Source of the DNA: Candidatus Moraniibacteriota bacterium
GTDB taxonomy: Bacteria > Patescibacteriota > Minisyncoccia > Moranbacterales > UBA1568
Assembly (NCBI GenBank): GCA_018499985.2
Contig: JAHBAT020000003.1
Coordinates: 5,622-69,621 of the forward strand
Length of the DNA stretch: 64,000 bases
Direction of reading: 5' to 3'
This document shows, one piece after another, positions 38,030 through 48,321 of this stretch (its first letter is position 1; the number at the start of each line of letters is the position of its first letter). The position numbers and the translations under genes were made by a program. The notes beneath the pieces were generated by a model that saw only the letters and a program-made list of their open reading frames with translations, made no database searches and was not told the DNA's origin.

Positions 38030-38766
38030 ACTTTTTTATCTTTTTCAGACTTTGAGAGGACTACTCTTTGCTGGACAAAGGCAAATACTGTAGAAACAAA
38101 CCAATAAAGCGATAGTGCTGCTGGAAAGGTAAAGCCAATAAAAAGCGTCATACCTGGACCAACATAAAGCATCTGCCTACTCATTATAGCAGTAAAATCA
38201 GGTTCTTTGGCGGACCAATCAATCTTTTTATCCATTCCTTGAGTAGACATCATTTCCTTCATTTGGAAATAAAGTACTACAGCAGAAAGAATAGCAAGCA
38301 CATAGCTTGGCTTTGAAAGATCAACTAGTGAGAAAAAGAGGTGATTTACTACACCTGGATTGGCCACAAAACTATAAAGATCGGCACCATGAAGAGTAAA
38401 GTGTGACTTTGAAATATTGATAATCACCTGGTAAAAAGCCAGCAAAAAAACAAGCGGTAAAAGCATTGGGAGACATCCCGCAAATGGGTTTACCTTTTCT
38501 GTTTTGTATAGTTCCAAAAGAGCCTTTGTTTGCTCCTCTTTTTTATCCTTGTATTTAGCTTGTAATTCCTTTATTTTTGGCTGAATCAGCTGCATTTTTC
38601 GTTGAGACTCTATCTGTTTCTGAGAGAGGGGGATCATCAGAAACTTCAAGAGAAGCGTTGTTACTATAATAGCTAAGCCAAAATCAGCTCCTGGAAGGGT
38701 ATTGTAGAAAAAAATGAGTGAATTATAGATAGGCTGATAAATAACAACGTGAAAAATTTCTAACAT
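38026..38766 (-). CDS. yidC: Membrane protein insertase YidC (short form)
   Basis: FGLAII, QPKIKELQ.KYK, NPFAGCLP, PAALSLYW. Confidence 0.93.
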   Translation of the reverse strand: MLEIFHVVIYQPIYNSLIFFYNTLPGADFGLAIIVTTLLLKFLMIPLSQKQIESQRKMQLIQPKIKELQAKYKDKKEEQTKALLELYKTEKVNPFAGCLPMLLPLVFLLAFYQVIINISKSHFTLHGADLYSFVANPGVVNHLFFSLVDLSKPSYVLAILSAVVLYFQMKEMMSTQGMDKKIDWSAKEPDFTAIMSRQMLYVGPGMTLFIGFTFPAALSLYWFVSTVFAFVQQRVVLSKSEKDKKV

Positions 38767-38772
38767 AGTTTT

Positions 38773-39102
38773 TTAGCTAACAGAATCATTTATTTTTTTA
38801 AGAAAGGCCTCTAGCGTGCTTTTTTCAATCTTCTGAACCGCTTCAGTCGTAAAAAAAACAATATCCTTACCCTTAAAATTATACTCCTCTTTTAAATAAA
38901 GAGCACTTATTCTTCGACGTAAACGATTGCGCATAACAGCCCTTTTAACGTGCTTTTTACTAAAAGAGAAGGCTAGACGATCATTCAACTGATCATTTTG
39001 TACCAATTTACAGCCAAATGGTTTAAAAAAAAGAGGTTTTCCGGAACGAAAAACCCTTGTAAAATCTTCTTTTTTCCTTAATCTAAAGGATTTTTTGAGC
39101 AT
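38773..39102 (-). CDS. rnpA: Ribonuclease P protein component
   Basis: RLRKKEDF..VF, SKKH..AVMRNRLRR; synteny rpmH-rnpA-yidC. Confidence 0.9.
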   Translation of the reverse strand: MLKKSFRLRKKEDFTRVFRSGKPLFFKPFGCKLVQNDQLNDRLAFSFSKKHVKRAVMRNRLRRRISALYLKEEYNFKGKDIVFFTTEAVQKIEKSTLEAFLKKINDSVS

Positions 39103-39110
39103 AAATTCTC

Positions 39111-39248
39111 CTAGACAGCAGTAAGCTTTGCGCGTCCTTTGCGGCGACGAGAAAGCAAGACATTACGTCCTCCTGGAGTGCTTGCGCGCTTTAGAAAGCC
39201 GTGACGACGAGCTCTCTTGCGAGTTTTTGGCTGGTATGTTCTTTTCAT
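39111..39248 (-). CDS. rpmH: 50S ribosomal protein L34
   Basis: Manual translation [45 protein letters not shown] (below the ORF-track cutoff). Confidence 0.97.
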   Translation of the reverse strand: MKRTYQPKTRKRARRHGFLKRASTPGGRNVLLSRRRKGRAKLTAV

Positions 39249-39332
39249 ATATGAATATGGTTGCTAGTGCAAAATGTCTCTAGATTGTAGCAGAAAAGCC
39301 AGAAAAGTCAACTACCCTGAGACTTTTTTTAC

Positions 39333-39401
39333 TTATCCACAGGTTGTGCACCAAACATTGCTTTAAAAAGGCTCGTATTTCAGTTATCCACATGCTATAA
39401 T
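39333..39401 (+). promoter_or_regulatory. DnaA boxes overlapping the dnaA promoter
   Basis: TTATCCACA at 39333 and 39384; TGCTATAAT at 39393-39401. Confidence 0.85.
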
Positions 39402-39428
39402 TTTAGTCACCTGATACGAAAATACCCT

Positions 39429-40871
39429 ATGACTCACGATGACCTCTGGAAGGCTGTCCTTGGCCAAATTGAACTTTCCCTTTCGAAAGCCAACTTTATT
39501 ACCTGGTTTAAAAACACCAACCTTTTAGAGGTCAGTGATGGCAAGGCCCTTATTGGTGTGCCGAATGGTTTTGCTAAAGAATGGCTAGAAAACAAGTATA
39601 ATACCCATATTTTAAAAGCCCTTCGGACCCTTGATCCTTCAATTCAAAGCATCCGTTGCACTATTTCTCTCTCTGATCCACACACAAACCAGCAGCCCAA
39701 ACCTATTAGCCGTTCTATTGACGCTGCCATTCCTCGGAACGAAAACACTGAGACGGCCAATAGTTTTGTACGAAAAAAGCTCATAGAAAAACCTTCATTT
39801 TCATCTGAAGGTACTTCTGTCTCTCTTCAAAAAGAGGTTTTTCATGAGAGCAGCCTTAATTCTCGCTATACTTTTGAAAATTACATTGTTGCGGAGAACA
39901 ATGAACTTGCTCACGCCGCCTGCCACGCCGTCTCTCAAAACCTTGGTATGCTTTACAACCCTCTCTTTATTTATGGTGGCGTAGGCTTAGGAAAAACCCA
40001 TCTTTTACAGTCTATTGGCAATGAAGTAATGCGCAATCATCCCGAAAAACGCATTAAATACATTACCTCTGAGCGTTTTACCACAGAACTTGTTGATTCT
40101 ATTAAAAATCAAAAAATTGACATCTTTAAAGAATATTATCAGCAAATGGACCTCCTTATTATAGATGATGTTCAATTTCTTTCTGGGAGAGAAAAAACTC
40201 AAAATGAGTTTTTTCATATTTTTAACGCTCTCTACCAAATAAACAAGCAGATTGTTATCTCTAGCGATCGTCCACCTAAAGCTATTGGTACTCTTGAAGA
40301 ACGTCTCCGTTCTCGCTTTGAGGGTGGAATGATTACAGATATCAGTCAACCAAGCCTTGAAACTCGTATTGCTATTCTTAGTTCAAAAGTTCAAGAAAAA
40401 GGTCTTTCTATCGATGAGGACGCCCTTCGTTTTATAGCTCAAAATATCAACCAAAATGTTCGCGAACTTGAAGGTGCTCTCAATCGCGTAATTGCTTATT
40501 GTGATTTTCGTAAAATACCTGCCAACTTAGCTAATACAGAAAAAATTCTTGTTGAACTCCTTGAAAAAAACCGTAAAAATATCAGTACTGAGAGTGTTTT
40601 TAGCACTATTTGTGAGTATTACTCTGTAGAACATGAAGATTTAATTAAAAAAGGGCGTAAAAAGGAAATTTCTCATCCTCGTCAGGTTCTTATGTACATC
40701 TTAAGACAAGAACTCTCTACCCCATTTTCTACTATTGGCGACATGCTTGGAGGAAGAGATCATACCACTGTACTTCATGCTTTTGAAAAAATAAACAAAG
40801 AAAAAGAAACTTCTCCTAAGATAAAAGAGGAATTAAACCAAATCAAAGAGCGCCTTTATTATATTTCTTAG
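39429..40871 (+). CDS. dnaA: Chromosomal replication initiator DnaA
   Basis: YNPLFIYGGVGLGKTHL, LIIDDVQF, RL.SRF, RELEGAL, GGRDHTTV. Confidence 0.99.
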   Translation: MTHDDLWKAVLGQIELSLSKANFITWFKNTNLLEVSDGKALIGVPNGFAKEWLENKYNTHILKALRTLDPSIQSIRCTISLSDPHTNQQPKPISRSIDAAIPRNENTETANSFVRKKLIEKPSFSSEGTSVSLQKEVFHESSLNSRYTFENYIVAENNELAHAACHAVSQNLGMLYNPLFIYGGVGLGKTHLLQSIGNEVMRNHPEKRIKYITSERFTTELVDSIKNQKIDIFKEYYQQMDLLIIDDVQFLSGREKTQNEFFHIFNALYQINKQIVISSDRPPKAIGTLEERLRSRFEGGMITDISQPSLETRIAILSSKVQEKGLSIDEDALRFIAQNINQNVRELEGALNRVIAYCDFRKIPANLANTEKILVELLEKNRKNISTESVFSTICEYYSVEHEDLIKKGRKKEISHPRQVLMYILRQELSTPFSTIGDMLGGRDHTTVLHAFEKINKEKETSPKIKEELNQIKERLYYIS

Positions 40872-41111
40872 TGTATAAGTCTGTATAAAGTTCAAAATAG
40901 AGAGGATAACCTCTGGAAAAGATGCGGATAAAAATAAACACAAACAAACCTTCTCATTGTCTAATATATTTTTAATCCTTTATCCGTATATTAGCCACCC
41001 TATAAAAAGAGTTCTTGCTTCACTTTAAATCCTTTTATTAAGCTATAAAATTGACTTATCCAGTTATCCACAGCCCTAATATATAATAACTATTCTTTTT
41101 AAAAAATATAT
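40872..41111. other. oriC: Replication origin oriC (dnaA-dnaN intergenic)
   Basis: Multiple DnaA-box-like 9-mers; perfect TTATCCACA at 41064 followed by GCCC and TAA/TAT-rich DnaA-trio-like sequence; the + strand appears to shift from C-rich to G-rich across this region (by eye). Confidence 0.85.
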
Positions 41112-42266
41112 ATGAAACTCATTTGCACACAAGAAAATCTCACCCAAGCCCTCAATGCTCTTGATCGAGTAGTGGGAAAACAAAGCTCTTTGCCAATACT
41201 CAGTAACTTTCTTTTTGAGTCAGAAAATGGAAGGTTAAAAATATCTGCTACAAATCTAGAGATAGGTATTATAGTTTTTGTAGGAGCAAAAATTGAAAAA
41301 GAAGGTAAGTTTGCCGTGCCAGCACGTATACTCTCTCAGTTTGTACAGAATTTACCCCAAGGAGAGGTTTTGGAGCTTGAACTAAAGGATGGGCAGCTTT
41401 TACTAAAGAGTGGTAGTTCAGATATGAAAATAAAGGTTTTGGATGGTAAGGATTTTCCTATTATCCCTACATTTAAAAAAGAATACCCAGTTATTTTATT
41501 AGCTCAACCAATTAAACAGGCGCTTTCGAGACTTCTTTTTTGTGCAAGTAATAATGAATCCCGTATAGAGCTAACAGGCGCTCAGTTCCTTTTTGAAGAA
41601 AAGCAGCTTTCTATCGCAGCAACAGATAGTTTTCGTCTTGCTGAAGAGGTTTTGAAATACAATCAAGCTAAAGAGAGTATTTTAAATGGAGAAGAAAGTA
41701 AGAGTCTTATTATTCCAATTAACACACTACAAGAAATATCAAGATCCATAACACCTGAAGTAGAAGAGCTGAAAGTAGCAATTGAAGAACATCAGCTTTT
41801 TTTTGAAATTGATAATGTGCAAATTGTTTCACGTATTATTAACGGGCGTTTCCCTGATTATAAACAAATTATCCCAAAAGAGTTTCTTTTAAGGGTAGCT
41901 TTAGAGAAAGAGGCTCTTATTCGCTCACTAAAGATAGCAAGTACTCTTTCAGCTTATAATACTGGTGAAATTGCTCTTATCTTCAATCCAGAAGAAGAAA
42001 ACTGTACAGTAATCTCTAAATCACAAGAAATTGGAGAAAATAGCAGTGTCTTAATGGGAGATTTTTTGAAAGGAGCAGGCCCACTGACACTTATTTTTAA
42101 TCCGCGGTATCTTTTAGAGGGATTGAGCGCCTTTTCTTCAAAGAAGATAGTTTTTTCTGCTAATACCTCATCAAGCCCAGCTACTTTTGAGGCGTTAGAG
42201 GAAAATGAAGAAAACAAAGCGGAATACGTCTATGTGATGATGCCTATTCGTAAGGAGTATGCGTAA
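41112..42266 (+). CDS. dnaN: DNA polymerase III beta clamp
   Basis: LPILSN, ATNLEI, ATDSFRLA, GRFPDY, FNPRYL, YVMMPIR. Confidence 0.97.
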   Translation: MKLICTQENLTQALNALDRVVGKQSSLPILSNFLFESENGRLKISATNLEIGIIVFVGAKIEKEGKFAVPARILSQFVQNLPQGEVLELELKDGQLLLKSGSSDMKIKVLDGKDFPIIPTFKKEYPVILLAQPIKQALSRLLFCASNNESRIELTGAQFLFEEKQLSIAATDSFRLAEEVLKYNQAKESILNGEESKSLIIPINTLQEISRSITPEVEELKVAIEEHQLFFEIDNVQIVSRIINGRFPDYKQIIPKEFLLRVALEKEALIRSLKIASTLSAYNTGEIALIFNPEEENCTVISKSQEIGENSSVLMGDFLKGAGPLTLIFNPRYLLEGLSAFSSKKIVFSANTSSSPATFEALEENEENKAEYVYVMMPIRKEYA

Positions 42267-42564
42267 TCTAGAAGATCTTCTTGCTCAAAAGAAAAAACCA
42301 CAAAAAAAGAAAGAACTTGATGAAAAAACAATTTTTTTTGTTTTTTTAAAGGTGATTCAAGAGCTTTACGGCACAAGAGGAGAAGAAAGCTTGAGACCAC
42401 TAAGAGTTTTTGAAAAAAAGATCTATGTACGACCAGAATCTTCATTGTGGGCAAATGAGATTTTTCTACAGAAAGAAAAGTTACTAAAAAATACAAACCT
42501 TCTTTTGGAAGGAGAGTATCTAGAGGATATTATTCTGACACAAAGAGACTTTGAGAAGTCTTAA
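42259..42564 (+). CDS. DciA/DUF721 family protein
   Basis: KIYVRPESSLWANEIFLQKEKLL..N; position immediately after dnaN. Confidence 0.7.
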   Translation: MRNLEDLLAQKKKPQKKKELDEKTIFFVFLKVIQELYGTRGEESLRPLRVFEKKIYVRPESSLWANEIFLQKEKLLKNTNLLLEGEYLEDIILTQRDFEKS

Positions 42565-45143
42565 AAACTCACACTAACATCTTTACTGTCAGTAGTGGTG
42601 TTGCCGTTATCATCTTCAAGCTCGGCCTTAATGGTGATAGTGCGGTTATTTTTTGAGTTTGGAATATCGTAATCTGTAGAGTAGGGCTTACTAGTGACAC
42701 TTTTGATAGTGTCCCCATCCACTGAATAGGTGACTTTTTTAATACCGTACGGAGCATCAGTTTTGACACTCAGTTTGAGGGTAGAAGAGTTTGTAGAAGA
42801 AGGAATATCAAGCTTTAAGTCGGGTTCAAAATTGTCAAAATCACCCTTCTCACATTCTTTGGTAGGTACATTTCCTGAAGAGGATTTATCTTTATTATCT
42901 GATTTTTCGTACCATTTCTTAACACTTTCCTCCCAGTTTTTGTATTGCCCATCACTCTCGGGCTTATCTGGAATTGGTCCACGTGGATCGCGACGGTCAA
43001 TGTAGTGGAGGATATCATGAACACTAACAAAGTCTTTCTTTTTTACTTTATCGTCAGGGCAGTATTTATTCGCTAAACAATAAGTATCTTTTCCTGGAAT
43101 TTCACAAACTTTGAGGTCTTTTTCTTCATCAAGCTTTCCAGAAAGCATCGGCTTATCTGTTTTGTTTTCACCTTCTCCGATCTCATCTTCTGGTTTATAT
43201 TCAGGAAACTTCTCAATAGAATAATTTGAAAGAGCCTTATCCATGAATTTTCTCCAAATAGGCGCTGCTACATTGACACCATCAGCGCCTTCCTTCATGG
43301 GACTATTGTCGTTATTACCAGCCCAGACACCAACAGCAAGATTTGGAGTATAGCCCATAGTCCAGCCATCACGAAACTCATTGGTGGTGCCGGTTTTGGC
43401 TGCTACCTGACGATTAGAGAAGGCTAGGGGAGAATTCTCTCCAAATACCCATGCACGATTCTCGTTATTAGAAAGGATAGAATCGAGCATAGCAACGTAT
43501 TTCTCCTCCACAACTCTCTCACCAGGCTTTTCTTGATATTCTTCAAGGATATTACCGCTCGCATCTTCAATTTTTAGGATAGAGGTTTTTTCATGACGCA
43601 CTCCACCAGTAGCAAGGGTGCTGTAGGCATTTACATGATCAAGGAGCTGTACTTCGCCTCCTCCCAAAACAAGGGAAAGGCCGACTCTGTCAGGATCATT
43701 TAGACCTTGAATACCAAGATCTTTAGCAAGCTTGATAGAATCTTTAACACCCACGAGGTACAGTGTTTTAACAGCGGGGATGTTTAATGAGCCACCAAGG
43801 GCTTTTTTCATACTGATAGGCCCATTAAACTCACCATTGTAGTTGAGTGGCTTGTAGACCTTGCCATCATTGGTATCAAACTCTGTCTCGGTGTCATAGA
43901 GCATGGTTTCTGGGAGGTAACCTTTGGTAAAGGCGGTGAGATAGACATACGGCTTAAAGGATGAGCCCGGCTGTCTATTTCTTATGGCTACATTGACCTG
44001 ACCATCAATAGAGGTATCAAAGTAATCTTTTGAGCCAACCATAGCCAAAATCTGTCCATTTTTTGGATCCATAGCTACAAGTGCGGCATTGGAAGCTTTC
44101 CATGTGCCGTTGTTTTTTGAGCCCTCTCGCACTGCTTCCTCAGCTGCTTGTTGTTTATCCCAATCAAGAGTGGTAATCACTTTGTACCCCCCTTGTTCTA
44201 TAGACTGATCGCCGTACTTCTCTTGGAGATAATCCTTGATATACATGACAAAGTGAGGGGCTGCAATAATGTCTTTTTGAGGGAGAATTTTTTTTAAGGT
44301 ATCGGTCTCTATAGCTTGCTTGGCTTGCTCATCGGTAATATAGCCAAGTTTGGCCATTTGTTTTAAGGCGTACTCTTTGCGAGCAGTGAGGCGTTCTGGA
44401 CGGCTTCCGTAGGGTGAATAGTAGGCGGTACCCCGTGGTAATGAAGCAAGAAGAGCGGCTTCATCAAGAGTGAGTTCTTTGGCTGACTTACCAAAGTAGG
44501 TGCGACTCGCCGCTTCGATACCATAGGCATTTTGACCATAAGGGATCTCATTTAAGTACATGGCGAGTATCTCATCCTTAGTGAAAAGAGTTTCTATTTC
44601 AATAGAAAGAATAGCTTCTTTTATCTTACGAGTAACAGTACGTTCATTGGAAAGGAGGGAGTTTTTGACAAACTGTTGAGTGATAGTAGAGCCGCCCTGG
44701 GCTGCATCAAGGGTGATGATGTCTTTGAGGGCAGCCCGAAGAATAGCTGTGGGCTTAAGGCCAAAATGGTGATAAAAATCCTGATCTTCGAGAGAGATTG
44801 TGGCAAAGCGCACAATTTCAGGTATTTGATCAAAAGGAATAACGGTACGCTTTTCTTCGCCGTGCAATTCATAAAGAAGGTGATTGCCGGTACGATCGTA
44901 AATTTTGGTTGATTCCGCAACAAATCGTTTATTGATATTACCTGCCTCTGGAAGGTCTTTGGCAAAGTAGAGAAACGTCCCAATTAAAATAAGGGTAAAC
45001 GTAGCAAAAAGGCCAATAAAAATACGTAAAAGAAGCTTCTTGTGTCTCTCTATCCAAGAAGGAAGCTTAAAGGAAAATGTTTTTTTGGATGAGACGGATT
45101 CTTCGCTAAAATGAACCCGACGTTTTCTTTTAAATAGAGCCAT
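42561..45143 (-). CDS. Class A penicillin-binding protein (PBP1A family)
   Basis: EDQDFYHHFG, QGGSTITQQ, RKIKE, RQPGSSFKP, SLN, KTGT; C-terminal Ig-like domain. Confidence 0.95.
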   Translation of the reverse strand: MALFKRKRRVHFSEESVSSKKTFSFKLPSWIERHKKLLLRIFIGLFATFTLILIGTFLYFAKDLPEAGNINKRFVAESTKIYDRTGNHLLYELHGEEKRTVIPFDQIPEIVRFATISLEDQDFYHHFGLKPTAILRAALKDIITLDAAQGGSTITQQFVKNSLLSNERTVTRKIKEAILSIEIETLFTKDEILAMYLNEIPYGQNAYGIEAASRTYFGKSAKELTLDEAALLASLPRGTAYYSPYGSRPERLTARKEYALKQMAKLGYITDEQAKQAIETDTLKKILPQKDIIAAPHFVMYIKDYLQEKYGDQSIEQGGYKVITTLDWDKQQAAEEAVREGSKNNGTWKASNAALVAMDPKNGQILAMVGSKDYFDTSIDGQVNVAIRNRQPGSSFKPYVYLTAFTKGYLPETMLYDTETEFDTNDGKVYKPLNYNGEFNGPISMKKALGGSLNIPAVKTLYLVGVKDSIKLAKDLGIQGLNDPDRVGLSLVLGGGEVQLLDHVNAYSTLATGGVRHEKTSILKIEDASGNILEEYQEKPGERVVEEKYVAMLDSILSNNENRAWVFGENSPLAFSNRQVAAKTGTTNEFRDGWTMGYTPNLAVGVWAGNNDNSPMKEGADGVNVAAPIWRKFMDKALSNYSIEKFPEYKPEDEIGEGENKTDKPMLSGKLDEEKDLKVCEIPGKDTYCLANKYCPDDKVKKKDFVSVHDILHYIDRRDPRGPIPDKPESDGQYKNWEESVKKWYEKSDNKDKSSSGNVPTKECEKGDFDNFEPDLKLDIPSSTNSSTLKLSVKTDAPYGIKKVTYSVDGDTIKSVTSKPYSTDYDIPNSKNNRTITIKAELEDDNGNTTTDSKDVSVSF

Positions 45144-45205
45144 AAAAGGGTGTTTTATACCCTGTATTATAGCATAAAAATAACAAGTTGTTTCTTGGGA
45201 ATTTC

Positions 45206-46189
45206 CTACAATAAAGGAAAGAGGTGCTTAAGGAGAATCAAAGAGACATCGATGCCGTCGCCCTCAACAAGTGGTTTTTCGTGCATATTGTAGTAGGGGT
45301 TGGGATTGACCTCAAGAATAACATAGGGAGTGTTTGGAGAGGCAAGATCATTGGTAATAAGGTCTAGCCCACCATAGGTAAGCCCAAGGGATTCAACAGC
45401 TTTGACGCAGGTCTTTTTGAGCTCGTTACTCATACTTGCGGTGCGTTCAATACAACGCCCACCATCAGACATATTGAGGTTGTTACGTAATTTAAAGAAA
45501 AAGTCTTTTGGCAGAACTGTCTTTAGGGTGTATCCAGCTTTGGCAAGGGTTTCTTTTGCTACAGCGTCAAGTTTTATTTCAAAACCATGGCGCCGAGTCT
45601 TATTGAAAGAGTGAATAAGGTCTTGAATAGTGTGTAGACCATCGCCCACAATGCCAGCAGGTATTTTTTCTACACAAGAAAGTACCTCGCCATTAAAAAC
45701 AAGGACTCGGTATTCATTCCCGATAAACATTTCTTCAACAAGAATTTTGATATCTTCCCGGTACCCGTAGGCGCCAAGAGCGTGATTAATGGCTTCTTCT
45801 AAACCATCCTCAGAGAGGATGTTCCAGGTTACTCCTTTAGCAAGAGATCCATCGACAGGCTTGCTAATAAGCGGATAAGTGAGTTTTTTTTCTCTTACTT
45901 CGCGAAGACCATCTTCAAAAGAATGTGTGACCACGCCTTTTGGGGTGCGAATACCAACAGATTCAAGAACAAATTTGGTAATAGATTTATTTTTAGTAAG
46001 ATTGCACATGCTTCGAAAAAGAGGTACCTTTCCATAGCAAAAAATAGTTTTGCCTTTATGGGTTATTTTTACGATAGGCACTTTTTCGTGCTGGATAAGT
46101 TCGGCATGAAGTCCAAGAGAGAGGGTTTTTTTGAGAAAAGACTTATAAGCACCATGTTTTACTTTATCGATATACTGTTCAATATTCAT
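45206..46189 (-). CDS. ATP-grasp ligase (cyanophycin synthetase/GshF-like domain)
   Basis: KPVDGSLAKGV, VEEMFIGNEYRVLV, GDG..TI..LI, NMSDGG, GLDLI, LEVNPNP; start trimmed to ATG 46189. Confidence 0.82.
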   Translation of the reverse strand: MNIEQYIDKVKHGAYKSFLKKTLSLGLHAELIQHEKVPIVKITHKGKTIFCYGKVPLFRSMCNLTKNKSITKFVLESVGIRTPKGVVTHSFEDGLREVREKKLTYPLISKPVDGSLAKGVTWNILSEDGLEEAINHALGAYGYREDIKILVEEMFIGNEYRVLVFNGEVLSCVEKIPAGIVGDGLHTIQDLIHSFNKTRRHGFEIKLDAVAKETLAKAGYTLKTVLPKDFFFKLRNNLNMSDGGRCIERTASMSNELKKTCVKAVESLGLTYGGLDLITNDLASPNTPYVILEVNPNPYYNMHEKPLVEGDGIDVSLILLKHLFPLL

Positions 46190-46235
46190 TATGATTTTTT
46201 GAAAAAAAGAAAAAGGGCAATTTTTTGAGAGAGAT

Positions 46236-47630
46236 CTATTTTGAAACGTCAACAAGGAATTTGAGAAGATTTTTTCTCCCAATAATAGATTTATAATCAA
46301 GACGAGAGCGATCAATAAGGGTCGGCCGAATAGGGGTGCGAGTACCATCAAGGAGCATTTCTAGCTGAATCTTTACTCGGTATGTGGTGCCGTGTGAAGA
46401 ATGGATTGGTACAGTACTGACAGCATCAGGAATGTTCTCAAAGAGCTCCCAGCGCTCTTCTTTAGTAAGGTTTTTGAGTTTCTCCCAGTCAGCTTGAAGG
46501 GCTCGATATGCGCGTACCGTCTCTCCGAAACCAAGTGCTTCAGCTACCTCAAAATCAATAGATGATGAATCGGCCCCAGTATCTATCTTGGCTTCAAGAG
46601 TAATTTCTTTGTTATCTTTACCAAAAAAAGTTACCTTTTCAATTACACCAATCATTTTTTTACCAGAGATTTCTTCAATTTCATCTTCAATTTCTCCTCC
46701 AAAAAGATTCATGCCAACACGAATACCGCGATCGGTTGTTTTGATTTTGATACCTTTGACACGATCAAGTCGCTCACGAAGACCCGAGAGATTGGCGAGC
46801 TGGATAGAGAGTCCTGGTCGAGCATTGAGTTCAATAATGACTGGACCACGCTCACGATCAAGGGCGATGTCTGCTCCAAGAAAACCGAGACCAGAAATTT
46901 TCTGGGCCTCGACAGCAATACGAAGAGTCTCCTTCCAGTAGGGAAGCTTGATACCAGAAAGCACAAGGTTGGTATCTGGTACGTATTCGATAATATTACC
47001 TTTGCCCATAATAGCGCTTGTGGTAGTGCCAGTAGCGAGGTCGATACCTACCCCGATAGCACCTTGCTGGAGATTGGCCTTGCCATCAGATGCACGCGTA
47101 GGGAGGCGTAGCATGGCCATTACAGGCACTGAGTTAAAGACAATAACGCGAATATCAGGGATACCTTTGTAGCTGTAGGGCTTAAAAAGTTTCAGAAGGG
47201 TAAGACGCTCTTCAAAAAAGGCGGTATCAGGAAGATTACTCAATGAAAAAGAGCCATCGAGAATATTTTTAATATGAATTTTGAGATCTTCTATAGTAAT
47301 GAGTGAACCATCGGCCTTTACCCAGGCATCATCGCGGCCTCGCTTGCGTGCATAGACAACAAGGATACCGCCTCCACCAAATCCACGATTAGGTTTGAGG
47401 GCAAATCCGCCAGGGAGCGTTGACCAATCAAAGGCGTCTAGTTCCTCATAGTTTTTTATTTTACCAAGCAATTTTGGTACGGAGAGATTTTGTTTGCGAA
47501 GAATGCGCTTGCAAAGGAGTTTGTCATCCGCAATACGCATGGCCTTTTTACGGTTGAGTGGACGCACGTAATCAAGGTTACGCGCATTCATACCAAGAAG
47601 CTTTTGACTTTTGAGAAAGAGTTCAAACAT
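46236..47630 (-). CDS. Alpha-L-glutamate ligase-like ATP-grasp fused to a RimK-associated aspartyl-type protease domain
   Basis: LGMNARN, DDKL, KPNRGFGGGGI, GIPDIRV, AMLRLPT..SDGKANL.QGA, IELNARPGL.IQ; C-terminal IGVIEKV...AKIDTGADSSSID...IIGR. Confidence 0.85.
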   Translation of the reverse strand: MFELFLKSQKLLGMNARNLDYVRPLNRKKAMRIADDKLLCKRILRKQNLSVPKLLGKIKNYEELDAFDWSTLPGGFALKPNRGFGGGGILVVYARKRGRDDAWVKADGSLITIEDLKIHIKNILDGSFSLSNLPDTAFFEERLTLLKLFKPYSYKGIPDIRVIVFNSVPVMAMLRLPTRASDGKANLQQGAIGVGIDLATGTTTSAIMGKGNIIEYVPDTNLVLSGIKLPYWKETLRIAVEAQKISGLGFLGADIALDRERGPVIIELNARPGLSIQLANLSGLRERLDRVKGIKIKTTDRGIRVGMNLFGGEIEDEIEEISGKKMIGVIEKVTFFGKDNKEITLEAKIDTGADSSSIDFEVAEALGFGETVRAYRALQADWEKLKNLTKEERWELFENIPDAVSTVPIHSSHGTTYRVKIQLEMLLDGTRTPIRPTLIDRSRLDYKSIIGRKNLLKFLVDVSK

Positions 47631-47642
47631 ATATGGACAGAA

Positions 47643-48299
47643 CTACAGGTGGGCAATAACCTTGCGGAAACGGATGTATTCCGTAATGCGGAGACCAGAC
47701 CATTTACCAAGAGTAAAGTTGATAATAAAGGTCAAAAGAATCAGCCATGGATGATTGAGAATAAGAATCATAAAGCCATCCCAGCGGATAAGGGAGTATC
47801 CAATGAGAGAAATCAGGAGGGTTTCGCCGGCAAGAAAAGTAGCTGCGCGACTACCTTTTTCAATTTGGGTGGCCACAAACTTTTCAGCCAAGGTAATCAT
47901 GATAAGAAGAGGAAAGATAGAGACAGAAGCAAGGCCAGTACGCTTAAAGTGTGCTCCAATGACAAGAATAAGAAGAATGGCCAGAGCGACAATGGAAATA
48001 GTGATAGCCACGCGTGGAAGATAGAGAAGGCGGAAGCGACGAAGCATGTAGCGAGAAGCCATTCCGACAAGAATAATACTTATAAAAATAGCAATACCAT
48101 ACTTCAAGCCATTTGGATCGAAAGCTAAAAGAGCAAAGGTAATAATAGAGGGCGTGTAAATACCAAAGGCTTTAATTCCAACAACCTGACGAAAAAAAGC
48201 AACAAGCGTGGCTACGACCGGAATCATCAAAAGAAGAGCAAGTGTCTGAAGTGGCACGCCCTGCTCTACTATGTACATAACGAGAGGATGGTAGTTCAT
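47643..48299 (-). CDS. 7TM protein (7TM_transglut-like)
   Basis: LLMIPVVAT..AFFRQVVGIKAFGIYTP, LLYLPR, IFPLLIM...AEKF, GKWSGLRITE..RF. Confidence 0.85.
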   Translation of the reverse strand: MNYHPLVMYIVEQGVPLQTLALLLMIPVVATLVAFFRQVVGIKAFGIYTPSIITFALLAFDPNGLKYGIAIFISIILVGMASRYMLRRFRLLYLPRVAITISIVALAILLILVIGAHFKRTGLASVSIFPLLIMITLAEKFVATQIEKGSRAATFLAGETLLISLIGYSLIRWDGFMILILNHPWLILLTFIINFTLGKWSGLRITEYIRFRKVIAHL

Positions 48300-48321
48300 A
48301 GGTCAAAATAGGTTTAAAAAC

